DNA of 64,000 nt from an uncultured delta proteobacterium. Lineage in GTDB: Bacteria > Desulfobacterota > Desulfomonilia > UBA1062. Below, piece after piece: positions 48,732 to 58,789 of the stretch. The notes beneath the pieces were generated by a model. That model had not been told where the DNA came from. It did not search any database and saw nothing but the letters and a program-made list of their open reading frames with translations. The translations under genes and the position numbers were made by a program. The stretch is taken from positions 32,001 through 96,000 of the forward strand of contig CAWCTR010000014.1 in NCBI GenBank assembly GCA_963798485.1, read 5' to 3'. The stretch's first letter is position 1. The number at the start of each line of letters is the position of its first letter.

Positions 48732-49784
48732 TTGATGGATATTCATGTTTTTTTATGGTCTCTAATAATCGTCTCTGTGTGCATTGGGGCCTATATTGCC
48801 TTCACCAGCATAAGGACCGAAAAGAAGAAACCAATCCTTAAAAAATCGCCGGCCCGTTATGTCACAGTCCCATCTGATGAGGCTATCCATACATTTCATG
48901 ATGCATATAATCTGGAATGGAAACCTCTTCGTGACGAAAATCGACAGATACCTCCGCAGATTCAAGAAATAGTCAACAAGATCGAAAATATTTCTCCTCT
49001 CATTACGGAACTATCATCCAAGCTTAATGATCCTGATATAGACCCAAAGCAAATCAGCAAGATAATTATTCAGGACCAGGGACTCACCTCTTTTATCCTG
49101 AAGCGGGTGAATTCGCCCTATTATGGACTCCTGCAGAAGGTGGACAACATCTACAACGCTATTGTCATCCTCGGTTATAACGAGATCTACCGGATTGTTA
49201 TGGAAGAAAGGACCCACAAGATCGGTATTAAACCGGACAAGGTAGAATGGGTACATGCGAATCTGACATCAAGCATTGCTGCTTACCTTGCCAGCGCCAG
49301 CCGGCTTGGCGTGCAAGGCGGAACAATGGTTACCCTTGGCATGCTCCATGATATTGCACGAACCATCATGATACAGTCTCTTGCTCCTCCTCCCAATGCG
49401 TTATCGGTAGATCCTAGGCAAAGGCTGAAACAGGAGATTGATCATTTCGGGGTCGATCATGCAACACTTGGGGCTGTCCTTGCCAAACGCTGGGGCATGC
49501 CTCCTCGTCTTGTCTCGTGTATTGAGCGGCATCACTGGCCCATGTTCTGGCCCTTACGAGAGATAGGCCAATCCTGTAACGATATTCTCAAGGAACTATC
49601 AATCTTAACCATATCCGACATTGCGGCCAAGAACTTCACCCAAGAGATAAAGGGCCCCTATATCGGCGATGACTATTACCGTTATATCAACAGGCAACCC
49701 AAAATGGAGAGTATCCTCGTCCCTGAAATCACAAGAGATCTGAGGCGGATCCACAGGGTCATGCTTGATCCTGAACAACTCTAG
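48732..49784 (+). CDS. Membrane-anchored HDOD-domain protein
   Basis: N-terminal TM; DQGLTSFILKRVNSPYYG, GMLHDI, DHATLG..WGMP, HH. Confidence 0.88.
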   Translation: MMDIHVFLWSLIIVSVCIGAYIAFTSIRTEKKKPILKKSPARYVTVPSDEAIHTFHDAYNLEWKPLRDENRQIPPQIQEIVNKIENISPLITELSSKLNDPDIDPKQISKIIIQDQGLTSFILKRVNSPYYGLLQKVDNIYNAIVILGYNEIYRIVMEERTHKIGIKPDKVEWVHANLTSSIAAYLASASRLGVQGGTMVTLGMLHDIARTIMIQSLAPPPNALSVDPRQRLKQEIDHFGVDHATLGAVLAKRWGMPPRLVSCIERHHWPMFWPLREIGQSCNDILKELSILTISDIAAKNFTQEIKGPYIGDDYYRYINRQPKMESILVPEITRDLRRIHRVMLDPEQL

Positions 49785-49895
49785 ATATTACAAGTGGTGG
49801 GGGTATGTGAAGTATAAAGGCAACAATCCACGATCACTTTGTGCCTGTGCCCCTTTACCTTTGGGGATTCCCCGAAGGTATGTTATAGGGCTTAC

Positions 49896-50162
49896 TCAGC
49901 TGATAACTTTTGATACTCGTTGAGAATTAAGGCTGTACAGTCCTGAAGAGACGTTTTCAATGCCCTTGGTCACATTAGAGAGAATCTTTTTTGCCTCTTC
50001 AACATTTTCTACTCGGGACCCTGATGCCTGTTTGTTTTCAACTGACACAATATCTGCAATCCGGTCCTGGGATTGTACATCTTGTGTCTTCTTCTTGTAT
50101 TCAGAGTCTTTCTCTTTCGTTATAAGATTGATTACATTCCCCAATTCAGGATTGACCTTCAT
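49896..50162 (-). CDS. Small protein resembling the flagellin C-terminal helix
   Basis: ENKQASGSRVENVEEA...LNSQRVSKVI resembles flagellin EN..A..SRI.D.D.A...N.....V..L; AGGGGA SD; sigma28 promoter upstream. Confidence 0.65.
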   Translation of the reverse strand: MKVNPELGNVINLITKEKDSEYKKKTQDVQSQDRIADIVSVENKQASGSRVENVEEAKKILSNVTKGIENVSSGLYSLNSQRVSKVIS

Positions 50163-50194
50163 GGCGGTCCCCTTTCAAGTGTTCTCCCTTTAAC

Positions 50195-50221
50195 TTATCG
50201 GTGGTCATTCACAATACTTTA
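50195..50221 (-). promoter_or_regulatory. sigma28 (FliA) promoter
   Basis: TAAA-gtattgtgaatgacc(15 nt)-ACCGATAA. Confidence 0.7.
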
Positions 50222-51049
50222 CTCTTTTTTTAGATTGATAAGCATTTTATATAATTCATTCCTGCCGATACCTGTCTCCTGGGAGAGCACATGGAGGACA
50301 TCCTTCCTGGAATGACCCAATCCCAACAGAGATATCGCACGGTCCTTTATTGACTCATGATCAAGGGTATCACTATTGGGTGCACCGCTGACAATTACTG
50401 TCACCTCTCCCTTGATCTCATGGTCTTCAAGTCGGGAAATCAACTCATCGGCGGTACCTCTGATATATTCCTCATGGATCTTGGTAAGCTCTCTTGCCAC
50501 GCATAATGTCCGCTCAGGCATAAATCCCTTGATCAATTTCATCAAGGACAGTAGCCTCCGTGGTGACTCATAGCAGATGGTCACATCGGTCGATGCCTTC
50601 ATCCTTAAGAGCTCTTTTTCAGTTAAGTCTTTCTGCCTGGGGAAAAAACCGATGAAACGAAAAGGGGCCTCAAAGCCTGATGCTGATAATGCGGTAATAC
50701 AGGCACACGGTCCCGGTAAGGCTTCCACCCTGCCCCCTTTGGCACGTACTTGTGCTACAAGCCTGGATCCAGGGTCTGAAATGGTAGGTGTGCCTGCATC
50801 ACTCACCAGCGCAATATTCTTTCCCCTATCAAGTTGATCGAGGATATAAGCAGTCTTCCTTGCCTCACTGAAACGTTCGCAACTTACAAGAGTCTTATTA
50901 ATTCCATAATGGGTTAAAAGCTTTTTCGTGTGCCTGGTGTCCTCGCAGAGGATTAGATCCACCTTTTCAAGAATATCGATGGCCCTCAACGTTATGTCCT
51001 TGAGATTACCAATGGGTGTAGGGACGAGATACAGAGTCGATTTATCCAT
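50219..51049 (-). CDS. rsmI: 16S rRNA C1402 2'-O-methyltransferase
   Basis: LYLVPTPIGNLKDIT, CEDTR, VSDAGTP.ISDPG, YESP.R, RELTK.HEE. Confidence 0.96.
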   Translation of the reverse strand: MDKSTLYLVPTPIGNLKDITLRAIDILEKVDLILCEDTRHTKKLLTHYGINKTLVSCERFSEARKTAYILDQLDRGKNIALVSDAGTPTISDPGSRLVAQVRAKGGRVEALPGPCACITALSASGFEAPFRFIGFFPRQKDLTEKELLRMKASTDVTICYESPRRLLSLMKLIKGFMPERTLCVARELTKIHEEYIRGTADELISRLEDHEIKGEVTVIVSGAPNSDTLDHESIKDRAISLLGLGHSRKDVLHVLSQETGIGRNELYKMLINLKKE

Positions 51050-51136
51050 AAACTTTTAATACTTTCTCCTTTTTACCAATGCCTGTCTTATGGTATATAT
51101 GTTTTTTACCGCTAAGGGAAGAAAGAGACCTCTGAA

Positions 51137-52849
51137 ATGGAGTCACTTAAGCTCGGCGGGAAGCCGATAGAAAAGATGATCGAGAGTACTCCGGAATATA
51201 TGAAGAAGCTCTTCATAATGCCCGACTCGTCGGACAGGTTCGTGGAGTTCGGCATTCATCTGCTCGACCTTATTCATGATTTTTTTAAAGAGAAGGGCGG
51301 GATTCATTCTTCCGTATCTATGGAAGATCTGGCAAGAATATTCAGCAATATCGAGATGCCTTGTGATCCTCATCTCATCAAGGATGTCCTTGATGAGATC
51401 AAGCATAATATCGTCAAGCATTCGGTAAAAGTTGCCAACCCTTATTATATCGGCCACATGACAAGCGCTATTCCCTATTTCATGATCCTGCTTGAGATGA
51501 TTGCCGTGAGCCTCAACCAGAACCAGGTGAAGATAGAGAGCGCCAAGGCATCTTCCTTTGTAGAAAGGGAGTTCCTGTGCTGGATTCACCGGCTCATCTA
51601 TAACAGCAATGCTGATTTCTATAAGAAACATATACAGAACCCTAAAATTGCCCTGGGCAATATCACCTCGGATGGGACAGTCGCCAACATCACTGCCTTG
51701 ACCCTTGCCATGGCCAAGGCCTTTCCCCCCGATAATAGGGGATTCAGGGGGGTCCGGGTTGAAGGGCTCGCCAGGGCGCTGGATCACTACGGTTACAGAC
51801 AGGCACTCATCCTCGTTTCCAAGCGTGGGCATTACTCCATCTGCAAGGCAGGCACCATACTCGGTATCGGCGAGCAGGGGGTAATACGCACCCCTGTCCA
51901 ACCCTGCATCAATAAGATTGATATCAACAAGCTTCAGTGCATTGTAGAGAAGATCAGGAAAGAAGACAAGATTGTCGGGAAACCAACGAAATTCGTGGCC
52001 ATCGTAGGTATCGCCGGGACAACAGAGACAGGAAACATTGATGACCTTGATTCTCTGGCTGAAATCGCGCAGCAACTCGGCGCCCATTTCCATGTGGATG
52101 CCGCATGGGGCGGCGGGGCGCTGCTCATGGATGGAGCACGGGGGATGATGCGGGGAATCGAGAAGGCCGACTCCGTAACCATGGATGCCCATAAGCTCCT
52201 TTATGTCCCAAACAGCTTAGGCGTATGCGTATTCAAGGATGTGGAGGATTCCAGGTTCCTCTACCATACATCAAACTACATTATCCGCGAAGGTTCAGTG
52301 GACCAGGGCAGGTTCACCATTGAAGGGTCACGGTCTTTTTCTTGCCTCAAACCATGGGCGTCCATAAAGATCTTCGGTAAAAACGGCTACAAGATCATCT
52401 TTGACCATGCGCGCGATCTGCAAAACACCTTTGTTGAATTCATCGAGCGGGATCCCCTTTTCGAACTGATGAATAAACCCGAACTCTTTATAATTAATTA
52501 CCGGTTCATCCCTGAAGAGTTAAGATCGTTGCTTAACGAGTTGATGAAGAATTCCAGAAAGAATTCGGATCGCATCACCACCATCAACAAGCTTATCAAC
52601 AACCTTAACATAGAGCTGCACAAGACCATACGTGATCATGATATGTCTTTCGTATCCCGCACCAGGATAGAGTCTACCAAATACGCCCCAAGAAAGATCG
52701 TAGTGCTCAGGGCCATAACCATCAACCCTAACACGGAACGATATATGCTCAAACAGATACTGAATGAGCACAGAAGCATGGGAATCAGATTATGGCGGAA
52801 CATGAAGAAGGGCTGCCTTGACTCCAACGGGGTTCTCAAGACTGCATAG
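51137..52849 (+). CDS. panP: PLP-dependent decarboxylase, aspartate 1-decarboxylase PanP-like
   Basis: YIGHMTSA, LNQNQVKIE, HYS..KA..LGIG, AGTTETG, HVDAAWGG, DAHK, TIEGSR. Confidence 0.8.
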   Translation: MESLKLGGKPIEKMIESTPEYMKKLFIMPDSSDRFVEFGIHLLDLIHDFFKEKGGIHSSVSMEDLARIFSNIEMPCDPHLIKDVLDEIKHNIVKHSVKVANPYYIGHMTSAIPYFMILLEMIAVSLNQNQVKIESAKASSFVEREFLCWIHRLIYNSNADFYKKHIQNPKIALGNITSDGTVANITALTLAMAKAFPPDNRGFRGVRVEGLARALDHYGYRQALILVSKRGHYSICKAGTILGIGEQGVIRTPVQPCINKIDINKLQCIVEKIRKEDKIVGKPTKFVAIVGIAGTTETGNIDDLDSLAEIAQQLGAHFHVDAAWGGGALLMDGARGMMRGIEKADSVTMDAHKLLYVPNSLGVCVFKDVEDSRFLYHTSNYIIREGSVDQGRFTIEGSRSFSCLKPWASIKIFGKNGYKIIFDHARDLQNTFVEFIERDPLFELMNKPELFIINYRFIPEELRSLLNELMKNSRKNSDRITTINKLINNLNIELHKTIRDHDMSFVSRTRIESTKYAPRKIVVLRAITINPNTERYMLKQILNEHRSMGIRLWRNMKKGCLDSNGVLKTA

Positions 52850-52894
52850 CAATCCCTGTCAATATCACTTCGCACATATTCTTGCGCACACTGA

Positions 52895-52923
52895 TTGACA
52901 AGCTCATCATACACCTTTATCTT
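52895..52923 (+). promoter_or_regulatory. sigma70 promoter immediately before the ATG (leaderless candidate)
   Basis: TTGACA, 17 nt, TATCTT, 8 nt, ATG 52932; no SD. Confidence 0.6.
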
Positions 52924-52931
52924 AAAACAAT

Positions 52932-54812
52932 ATGATCCTCAATTGGCAGTCAACCTATTCAAGCAGGCTCACCGATGCAAGGACCGCGCTTTCCCGTATT
53001 AGGAGAGGTGCGAGGATCTTCATAGGCTCTGCATGCGGCGAGCCACAGCTCCTTGTTAAGACCCTCATCGATGTGGCGGAGAACCTTACAGACACCGAGA
53101 TCATCCACTTTTTGGATCTCGGCATCGCGCCGTATACCGATGAGAAATATGACTCTAATTTCCGTCATAACGCCCTTTTTATCGGATCGAGCACCAGGGC
53201 CGCAATCAAAGAAGGCAGGGCCGACTATACGCCCATCTTCCTCTCCGAGATACCGCTACTCATGCACCAGGGCAGCATGCCCATCGATGTTGCCCTCATC
53301 ACCGTTTCGCCACCCGACAATAACGGATATGTAAGTCTGGGGATCTCGGTCGATATCACCAAGACTGCCGCTGAGGTGGCAAGCTATGTGGTAGCAGAGG
53401 TTAATCCGAACATGCCCCGCACACTGGGTGACAGTTTCCTCCATGTGACCGAGATCAATGCCTTTGTAGAGAACGATATTCCCCTGTTGGAGTTTGTTCA
53501 GAAAGCACCGGGAGACATAGCCAAGGCTATCGGTGAGCATATTGCTGATCTCATTGAAAATGAGTCCACCATTCAGACTGGTGTAGGAAGGATCCCCAAC
53601 TCGGTATTCCCATACCTTATGAATAAAAGGGACTTGGGCATCCATACTGAGACCTTCACCGAAGGTCTCATTGATCTTATCGAAGCGGGTGTCATCACCT
53701 GTAGGAAGAAGACCCTCTATCCGGGAAAGATTGTTGCAGCCTTCTGCATGGGCACCAAGCGCCTGTACGATTATGTGCACAATAATCCCTTGTTCGAGTT
53801 CCGTCCATGCCAATATGTCAATGACCCCTATGTGATCGCACTTAATGACAAGATGGTCTCCATCAATTCCGCGCTGACTATTGACCTGACCGGACAGGTA
53901 TGCTCCGATTCCCTTGGCTTTGAGTTTTATAGCGGCATCGGCGGGCAGGTGGATTTTGTACGGGGCTCTGCCATGTCAAGGAGGGGCAAGTCCATCATGG
54001 TGCTCCCTTCCACCACGGATGATGGGAAGAATTCCAGGATAGTCCCCTATCACTATCCTGGCAGCGGTGTCGTCGTCACCAGGGGGGATATCCATTATGT
54101 AGTCACGGAATATGGCGTTGCCTATGTGCATGGAAAATCCATACGTGCAAGGGCCATAGCACTTATCAACATCGCGCATCCGAACTTCCGTGAGGAACTC
54201 CTTCAAGCAGCCAAAAAACAAGGCTATGTATATAAAGATCAGATCCTGCCCGTAGAGATCTATCCAAGAGAATATGAAACCTACTGGACCGACAAAAAAG
54301 GGACCGAGATCTTCTTCCGTCCTGTCAAGGCCACTGATGAGCGGGCCATCCAGGACGAGATGTATGCCTTGCCGGAACAGGACATCTACACAAGGTTCTT
54401 TCACAATTTGAAATCTTTCCCCCATAAACTTGCTATGCCGCTTGCGGCCATAGACTATAATGATAAGATGGCCATTGCTGCGGTTACAGGCAAAGAGGAG
54501 CCTGAAAGCCGGGAACAGATTGTTGCTGTAGGGCATTACATACGAGACCCACAGAATAGTTTTGCCGAGGTCGCCTTCACCACACACCAGGATTGGCAGA
54601 ACCGGGGCATCGGCACATTTCTCCTGCAGTATCTTATCCGTATTGCCAAAGAAAAGAATATCAAAGGGTTCACGGCCGATGTCCTGGCACGGAACACCCC
54701 GATGATGAAAGTATTCACCAAGGCAGGATATCCCCTTAAGGCACATCTTGAATATGGCGTTTATGAGCTTGAGATCCCCTTCATTGATGAGGAGCACAAG
54801 GACGAGCGTTAG
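52932..54812 (+). CDS. Acetyl-CoA hydrolase/4-hydroxybutyrate CoA-transferase fused to a GNAT domain
   Basis: GRADYTP, GIHTE (catalytic Glu), SGIGGQVDF, VTEYG; C-terminal AEVAF..WQNRGIGT. Confidence 0.9.
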   Translation: MILNWQSTYSSRLTDARTALSRIRRGARIFIGSACGEPQLLVKTLIDVAENLTDTEIIHFLDLGIAPYTDEKYDSNFRHNALFIGSSTRAAIKEGRADYTPIFLSEIPLLMHQGSMPIDVALITVSPPDNNGYVSLGISVDITKTAAEVASYVVAEVNPNMPRTLGDSFLHVTEINAFVENDIPLLEFVQKAPGDIAKAIGEHIADLIENESTIQTGVGRIPNSVFPYLMNKRDLGIHTETFTEGLIDLIEAGVITCRKKTLYPGKIVAAFCMGTKRLYDYVHNNPLFEFRPCQYVNDPYVIALNDKMVSINSALTIDLTGQVCSDSLGFEFYSGIGGQVDFVRGSAMSRRGKSIMVLPSTTDDGKNSRIVPYHYPGSGVVVTRGDIHYVVTEYGVAYVHGKSIRARAIALINIAHPNFREELLQAAKKQGYVYKDQILPVEIYPREYETYWTDKKGTEIFFRPVKATDERAIQDEMYALPEQDIYTRFFHNLKSFPHKLAMPLAAIDYNDKMAIAAVTGKEEPESREQIVAVGHYIRDPQNSFAEVAFTTHQDWQNRGIGTFLLQYLIRIAKEKNIKGFTADVLARNTPMMKVFTKAGYPLKAHLEYGVYELEIPFIDEEHKDER

Positions 54813-54823
54813 TTAGAGGCATA

Positions 54824-54848
54824 AGGGAGGGCAAATAGTGCCCCCCCT
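54824..54848. terminator. Hairpin between convergent genes
   Basis: agggagggca / tgccccccct. Confidence 0.6.
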
Positions 54849-54857
54849 CTTTAGGTT

Positions 54858-55766
54858 TTATTTCTTCCCTTTGTGGAAGAGGAGAACAAACGGGGCTGCG
54901 ATATAGATTGAGGAATATGTCCCTGTGACGACGCCGATCAGCATGGCAAAGGCGAACCCGTGGATCACGTCTCCTCCCATGAGGTAAAGACAAAGCACGA
55001 TTATAAACACGGTCATGGAGGTGAGGATCGTCCTGCTCAGGGTCTGGCTGACACTGTCGCTCATCAGGCTCGCCATGTCATATGAACCTGTCTGTTTCTT
55101 CATATTCTCCCTGATCCTGTCAAAGACCACTATTGTGTCGTTCAGGGAGTAACCAAGCAAGGTAAGCAGTGCTGCAATAACCGTCAGCGATATCTCTTTG
55201 CCGGTTAAAGAGAATATGCCTACCGTAAGGGTTATATCATGCACCAGGGACAGTATGGCCCCTATGGAAAAACTGAACTCGAATCGAAACCAGATATATG
55301 CAATCAGGCCTATACATACATACAGGCACGATAGTAATCCCTTGGTCTTCAGGTCTCTGCCGACTTCCGCCCCGACCACTTCGACCCTTCTAATGTCTAC
55401 CTTGTCTTTCCCGAAGGCCGAGTTCAGGACATTCTGGATCCTTGTAGACTCATTTTCCTTAGAACCGCTCTGAACCTTTTGCATCCTGATAAGGAATTCA
55501 TTGCCTTGGGCATTGGCGCCGGTAATACTTTGTATCCGCGCATCGCCAAAACCTATTTTAGCAAGGGCCTTTCTCAATTCCTCGGTCTGCACAGGATTTT
55601 TAAAGGCAACCTGCATCTCGAGTCCTCCGGAGAAATCTATTCCATAATTCAACCCTCTCCAAAAGATGGAGATGAGGCCTATTGAAATAAGAACTGCTGA
55701 AAAAACATAGGCATATTTTCTGTAGCCTATGAAATCAATTCGTGTACCCGGTCGTATGAGCTCCAT
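54858..55766 (-). CDS. secF: Protein translocase subunit SecF
   Basis: GIDFSGG, HD, GYSLNDTIVVFDRIRE, GTYSS. Confidence 0.96.
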   Translation of the reverse strand: MELIRPGTRIDFIGYRKYAYVFSAVLISIGLISIFWRGLNYGIDFSGGLEMQVAFKNPVQTEELRKALAKIGFGDARIQSITGANAQGNEFLIRMQKVQSGSKENESTRIQNVLNSAFGKDKVDIRRVEVVGAEVGRDLKTKGLLSCLYVCIGLIAYIWFRFEFSFSIGAILSLVHDITLTVGIFSLTGKEISLTVIAALLTLLGYSLNDTIVVFDRIRENMKKQTGSYDMASLMSDSVSQTLSRTILTSMTVFIIVLCLYLMGGDVIHGFAFAMLIGVVTGTYSSIYIAAPFVLLFHKGKK

Positions 55767-55777
55767 GAAAACCTCCT

Positions 55778-57352
55778 CTAGATACTGATCCGCTCGATTT
55801 TTCTGTTATTAACCATCCACTCCATGATCCATCTGCAGAACACTAACGCTGTAAACAATGTTGCAAGAATACCAACACTTAATGTAACAGCGAAGCCCTT
55901 TATAGGCCCAGTGCCGAACTGGAACAGAACCAAGGCAGCGATCAGGGTTGTGATATTGGCATCGAGAATAGCTGACAGTGCGTTATTATACCCGGCTTCA
56001 ATGGCCATTTTTGGTGTTCGGCCTAGCCTCAGCTCCTCTCGTATGCGTTCGAATACGAGGATGTTTGCATCCACGGCGATACCGATGGTGAGCCCCATAC
56101 CGGCAATGCCGGGCAGTGTTAAAACCGCGCCAAAGATTGCCATAACACCGACAACGATAATAATATTCCAGATAAGGGCAAAATCAGCAAGAGAACCTGA
56201 CCACCTGTAATAGATAACCATGAATATGATAACCAGCAGACCACCCACCAAGGCTGCATGGATACCCATATTAATGGAATCCTTACCCAAAGACGGTCCT
56301 ACTGTCCGCTCTTCCAGGATATCAACAGGGGCAGGAAGGGCGCCTGCCCTGAGCACGATAGCCAGGTCCTTGGCCTCAGCATCGTTGAACCTTCCCTCGA
56401 TCATGGCCTTGCCGCCCGAAATGGCATCCCTGATTACAGGGGCTGAGTACACCTTTCCATCAAGGAGGATTGCAAGCCTTTTGCCTATGTTCTCTCCGGT
56501 GACCCTTTCAAATATACGCGCACCTTCAGGGTTGAAGGATATGGACACATACGGTTCATTATAAGTGGCCTTGATGCTAACTCGTGCATCATCGATCATA
56601 CTGCCGTTCAGTACGGTCTGCTGCCTAAGGAGAATGGGCTGCTTGCCATCCTTCATATACGCAACATAGCTGCCTTCAGGCACATCACCTGAAACCGCCT
56701 TTTCCACCGAATGTTCCTCGTCAACCAGCTTGAATTCGAGCGCTGCGGTCTTTCCGATGATCTTCTTGGCCCTCTCAGGATCGGTAAGTCCGGGGATCTG
56801 GACAACAACCCGTTCCTTTCCTTCGGGAATGACGGAAGTCTCACTTATCCCAAGCCCATTGATTCGGTTCCGGATGGTCTCAATCGCCTGCTCAACGGCC
56901 TGTTCCTGTATCTTCAGCACCTCTTGGGCCTTCATCTGATAGGTAAAGGATGTTGACCCCTCTTCAGTCTTGCTGTCTACCTCCGTAAGGAACGGGTAGG
57001 AGTCATTCATGATTTTTGACAGGGCGTCAGCATCTTCCTTGCTCCTGACCTGTATGATAAGTTTATCAGGTGCTTCAGGAGCGACCTTGGTGTAATGAAT
57101 GCGTGAACTTATCATCTGCGGTTTTATATCACCTGCAATGATATTAAGCCTTCCTTCAACCGCTTTAATTGATTCCACCTTCAGGACTAAATGGATGCCG
57201 CCCTGCAGGTCAAGACCCAGCCTGATCTTTGATTTGGGCCCGATCCAGCCCTGGGGCAGCTCCGCCTTTCCAAGGAAGCTGGGGATGGCAAAGACCAGCC
57301 CAACAACCACCACTGCCAGGATGAGTATCCCCCTGAATTTGAAGTTATCCAT
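55778..57352 (-). CDS. secD: Protein translocase subunit SecD
   Basis: LGLDLQGG, LRAGALP, VGPSLG, VDANILVFERIREE. Confidence 0.96.
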   Translation of the reverse strand: MDNFKFRGILILAVVVVGLVFAIPSFLGKAELPQGWIGPKSKIRLGLDLQGGIHLVLKVESIKAVEGRLNIIAGDIKPQMISSRIHYTKVAPEAPDKLIIQVRSKEDADALSKIMNDSYPFLTEVDSKTEEGSTSFTYQMKAQEVLKIQEQAVEQAIETIRNRINGLGISETSVIPEGKERVVVQIPGLTDPERAKKIIGKTAALEFKLVDEEHSVEKAVSGDVPEGSYVAYMKDGKQPILLRQQTVLNGSMIDDARVSIKATYNEPYVSISFNPEGARIFERVTGENIGKRLAILLDGKVYSAPVIRDAISGGKAMIEGRFNDAEAKDLAIVLRAGALPAPVDILEERTVGPSLGKDSINMGIHAALVGGLLVIIFMVIYYRWSGSLADFALIWNIIIVVGVMAIFGAVLTLPGIAGMGLTIGIAVDANILVFERIREELRLGRTPKMAIEAGYNNALSAILDANITTLIAALVLFQFGTGPIKGFAVTLSVGILATLFTALVFCRWIMEWMVNNRKIERISI

Positions 57353-57366
57353 TATAACCCCCGCAA

Positions 57367-57687
57367 TTATTTTTGAGTCGCATCTGCACTCTTCTTGTGC
57401 GCAATGAATTCTCTGGAGACCTTGATCTTTACTTTGTCTCCTACGTCAAGGGTAAGGACATTGTCCGTAATGCCAACGACCTTGCCATGAATGCCCCCGC
57501 TGGTAATAACATCGTCCCCCTTGTCAATACTCTCCAGCATCTGTTTTTGTTCCTTGGCCTTCTTCTGCTGGGGCATGATAAGGAGAAAATAGAATACAAT
57601 AAATATCAGGACCAGGGGGGCCACACTCATGAGAAAGCTCATAGTATCTCCGCCGCCAAGTCCTGCTGCATTTGCAACGCTAATCAT
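57367..57687 (-). CDS. yajC: Preprotein translocase subunit YajC
   Basis: FYFLLIMPQQK, GDDVITSGGIHG. Confidence 0.95.
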   Translation of the reverse strand: MISVANAAGLGGGDTMSFLMSVAPLVLIFIVFYFLLIMPQQKKAKEQKQMLESIDKGDDVITSGGIHGKVVGITDNVLTLDVGDKVKIKVSREFIAHKKSADATQK

Positions 57688-58789
57688 CGTATATCTCCTT
57701 AATCCTTTTTTTCAAATCGCTAAATTTTTGTTCCCTAATGGAATGCCGTATATCAAACATTAATTCAAGATAGAAATGCAAATTATGAATGGTATTCAGG
57801 ATTGAACTGAGTATTTCACCTGATACAAAGAGGTGTCGCAGGTAGGCCCTGGAGAAATTTCTACAGGTGTAACAGGTGCAGAATTCATCAGGAGGAGCTG
57901 GGTCCTGGCGGTATTGTGCCTGTTTCAGTGACATTTTCCCATTCCTTGTAAAGAGCATCCCATTCCTGGCATTGCGGGTCGGCAGGACACAGTCAAACAT
58001 ATCGACCCCTTGGGCAACCGCTTCAACGATATCCACAGGAGTGCCTATGCCCATGAGGTACCGGGGTTTGTTCCCGGGTAGATGATTCACCGTCTGATCG
58101 AGCATGTGTACCATTGTGTCGTGTCCTTCCCCGACCGAGAGCCCACCTATGGAATAACCATCAAAAGGTAGCGCGGTGATGTCATGTGCACTCTTCTCCC
58201 TCAGATCGGGGTACATGCCACCCTGGACGATGCCGAACAGGGCGGCATCCGTCTTTTTCGCGTCCAGGCTCTTCATGGCCCACAAGCTTGTCCTGTCAAC
58301 AGAGGTTTCCACATATTCCCTTGTACTCGGAAAGGCAACGCACTCATCAAGGCACATCATGATGTCTGATCCCAGGTCTTCCTGAATCTGAACAGCCTTT
58401 TCCGGCGTAAGCATCCTTCGACTGCCGTCGATATGGGAGGCGAACTGGACCCCCTCATCGGAAATCTTCATAAATCTCGCCAGGCTGAATACCTGATATC
58501 CCCCGCTATCGGTAAGGATAGGACCATCCCATCCCATGAAGGTATGCAGCCCGCCGAGTGTCTTTATCAAATCCTCCCCCGGCCTCAAATGGAGATGGTA
58601 CGTGTTTGATAATATAATCTGTGCCCCGATGGATGTAAGCACCTCAGGTGTCACGGCCTTCACGGTGGCGGCAGTGCCTACCGGCATAAAGGCAGGGGTA
58701 TCTATGCTGCCGCGGCGTGTTACGATCTTCCCGCACCGTGCTGGACCATCTTCGATCTCCAGATTATAACTAAATAATGAGCATGGCAT
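57680..58789 (-). CDS. tgt: tRNA-guanine transglycosylase
   Basis: TPAFMPVGT, NTYHL, TDSGGYQVFSL, DMFDCVLPTR, CxCxxC zinc site; start uncertain. Confidence 0.96.
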   Translation of the reverse strand: MPCSLFSYNLEIEDGPARCGKIVTRRGSIDTPAFMPVGTAATVKAVTPEVLTSIGAQIILSNTYHLHLRPGEDLIKTLGGLHTFMGWDGPILTDSGGYQVFSLARFMKISDEGVQFASHIDGSRRMLTPEKAVQIQEDLGSDIMMCLDECVAFPSTREYVETSVDRTSLWAMKSLDAKKTDAALFGIVQGGMYPDLREKSAHDITALPFDGYSIGGLSVGEGHDTMVHMLDQTVNHLPGNKPRYLMGIGTPVDIVEAVAQGVDMFDCVLPTRNARNGMLFTRNGKMSLKQAQYRQDPAPPDEFCTCYTCRNFSRAYLRHLFVSGEILSSILNTIHNLHFYLELMFDIRHSIREQKFSDLKKRIKEIYDD

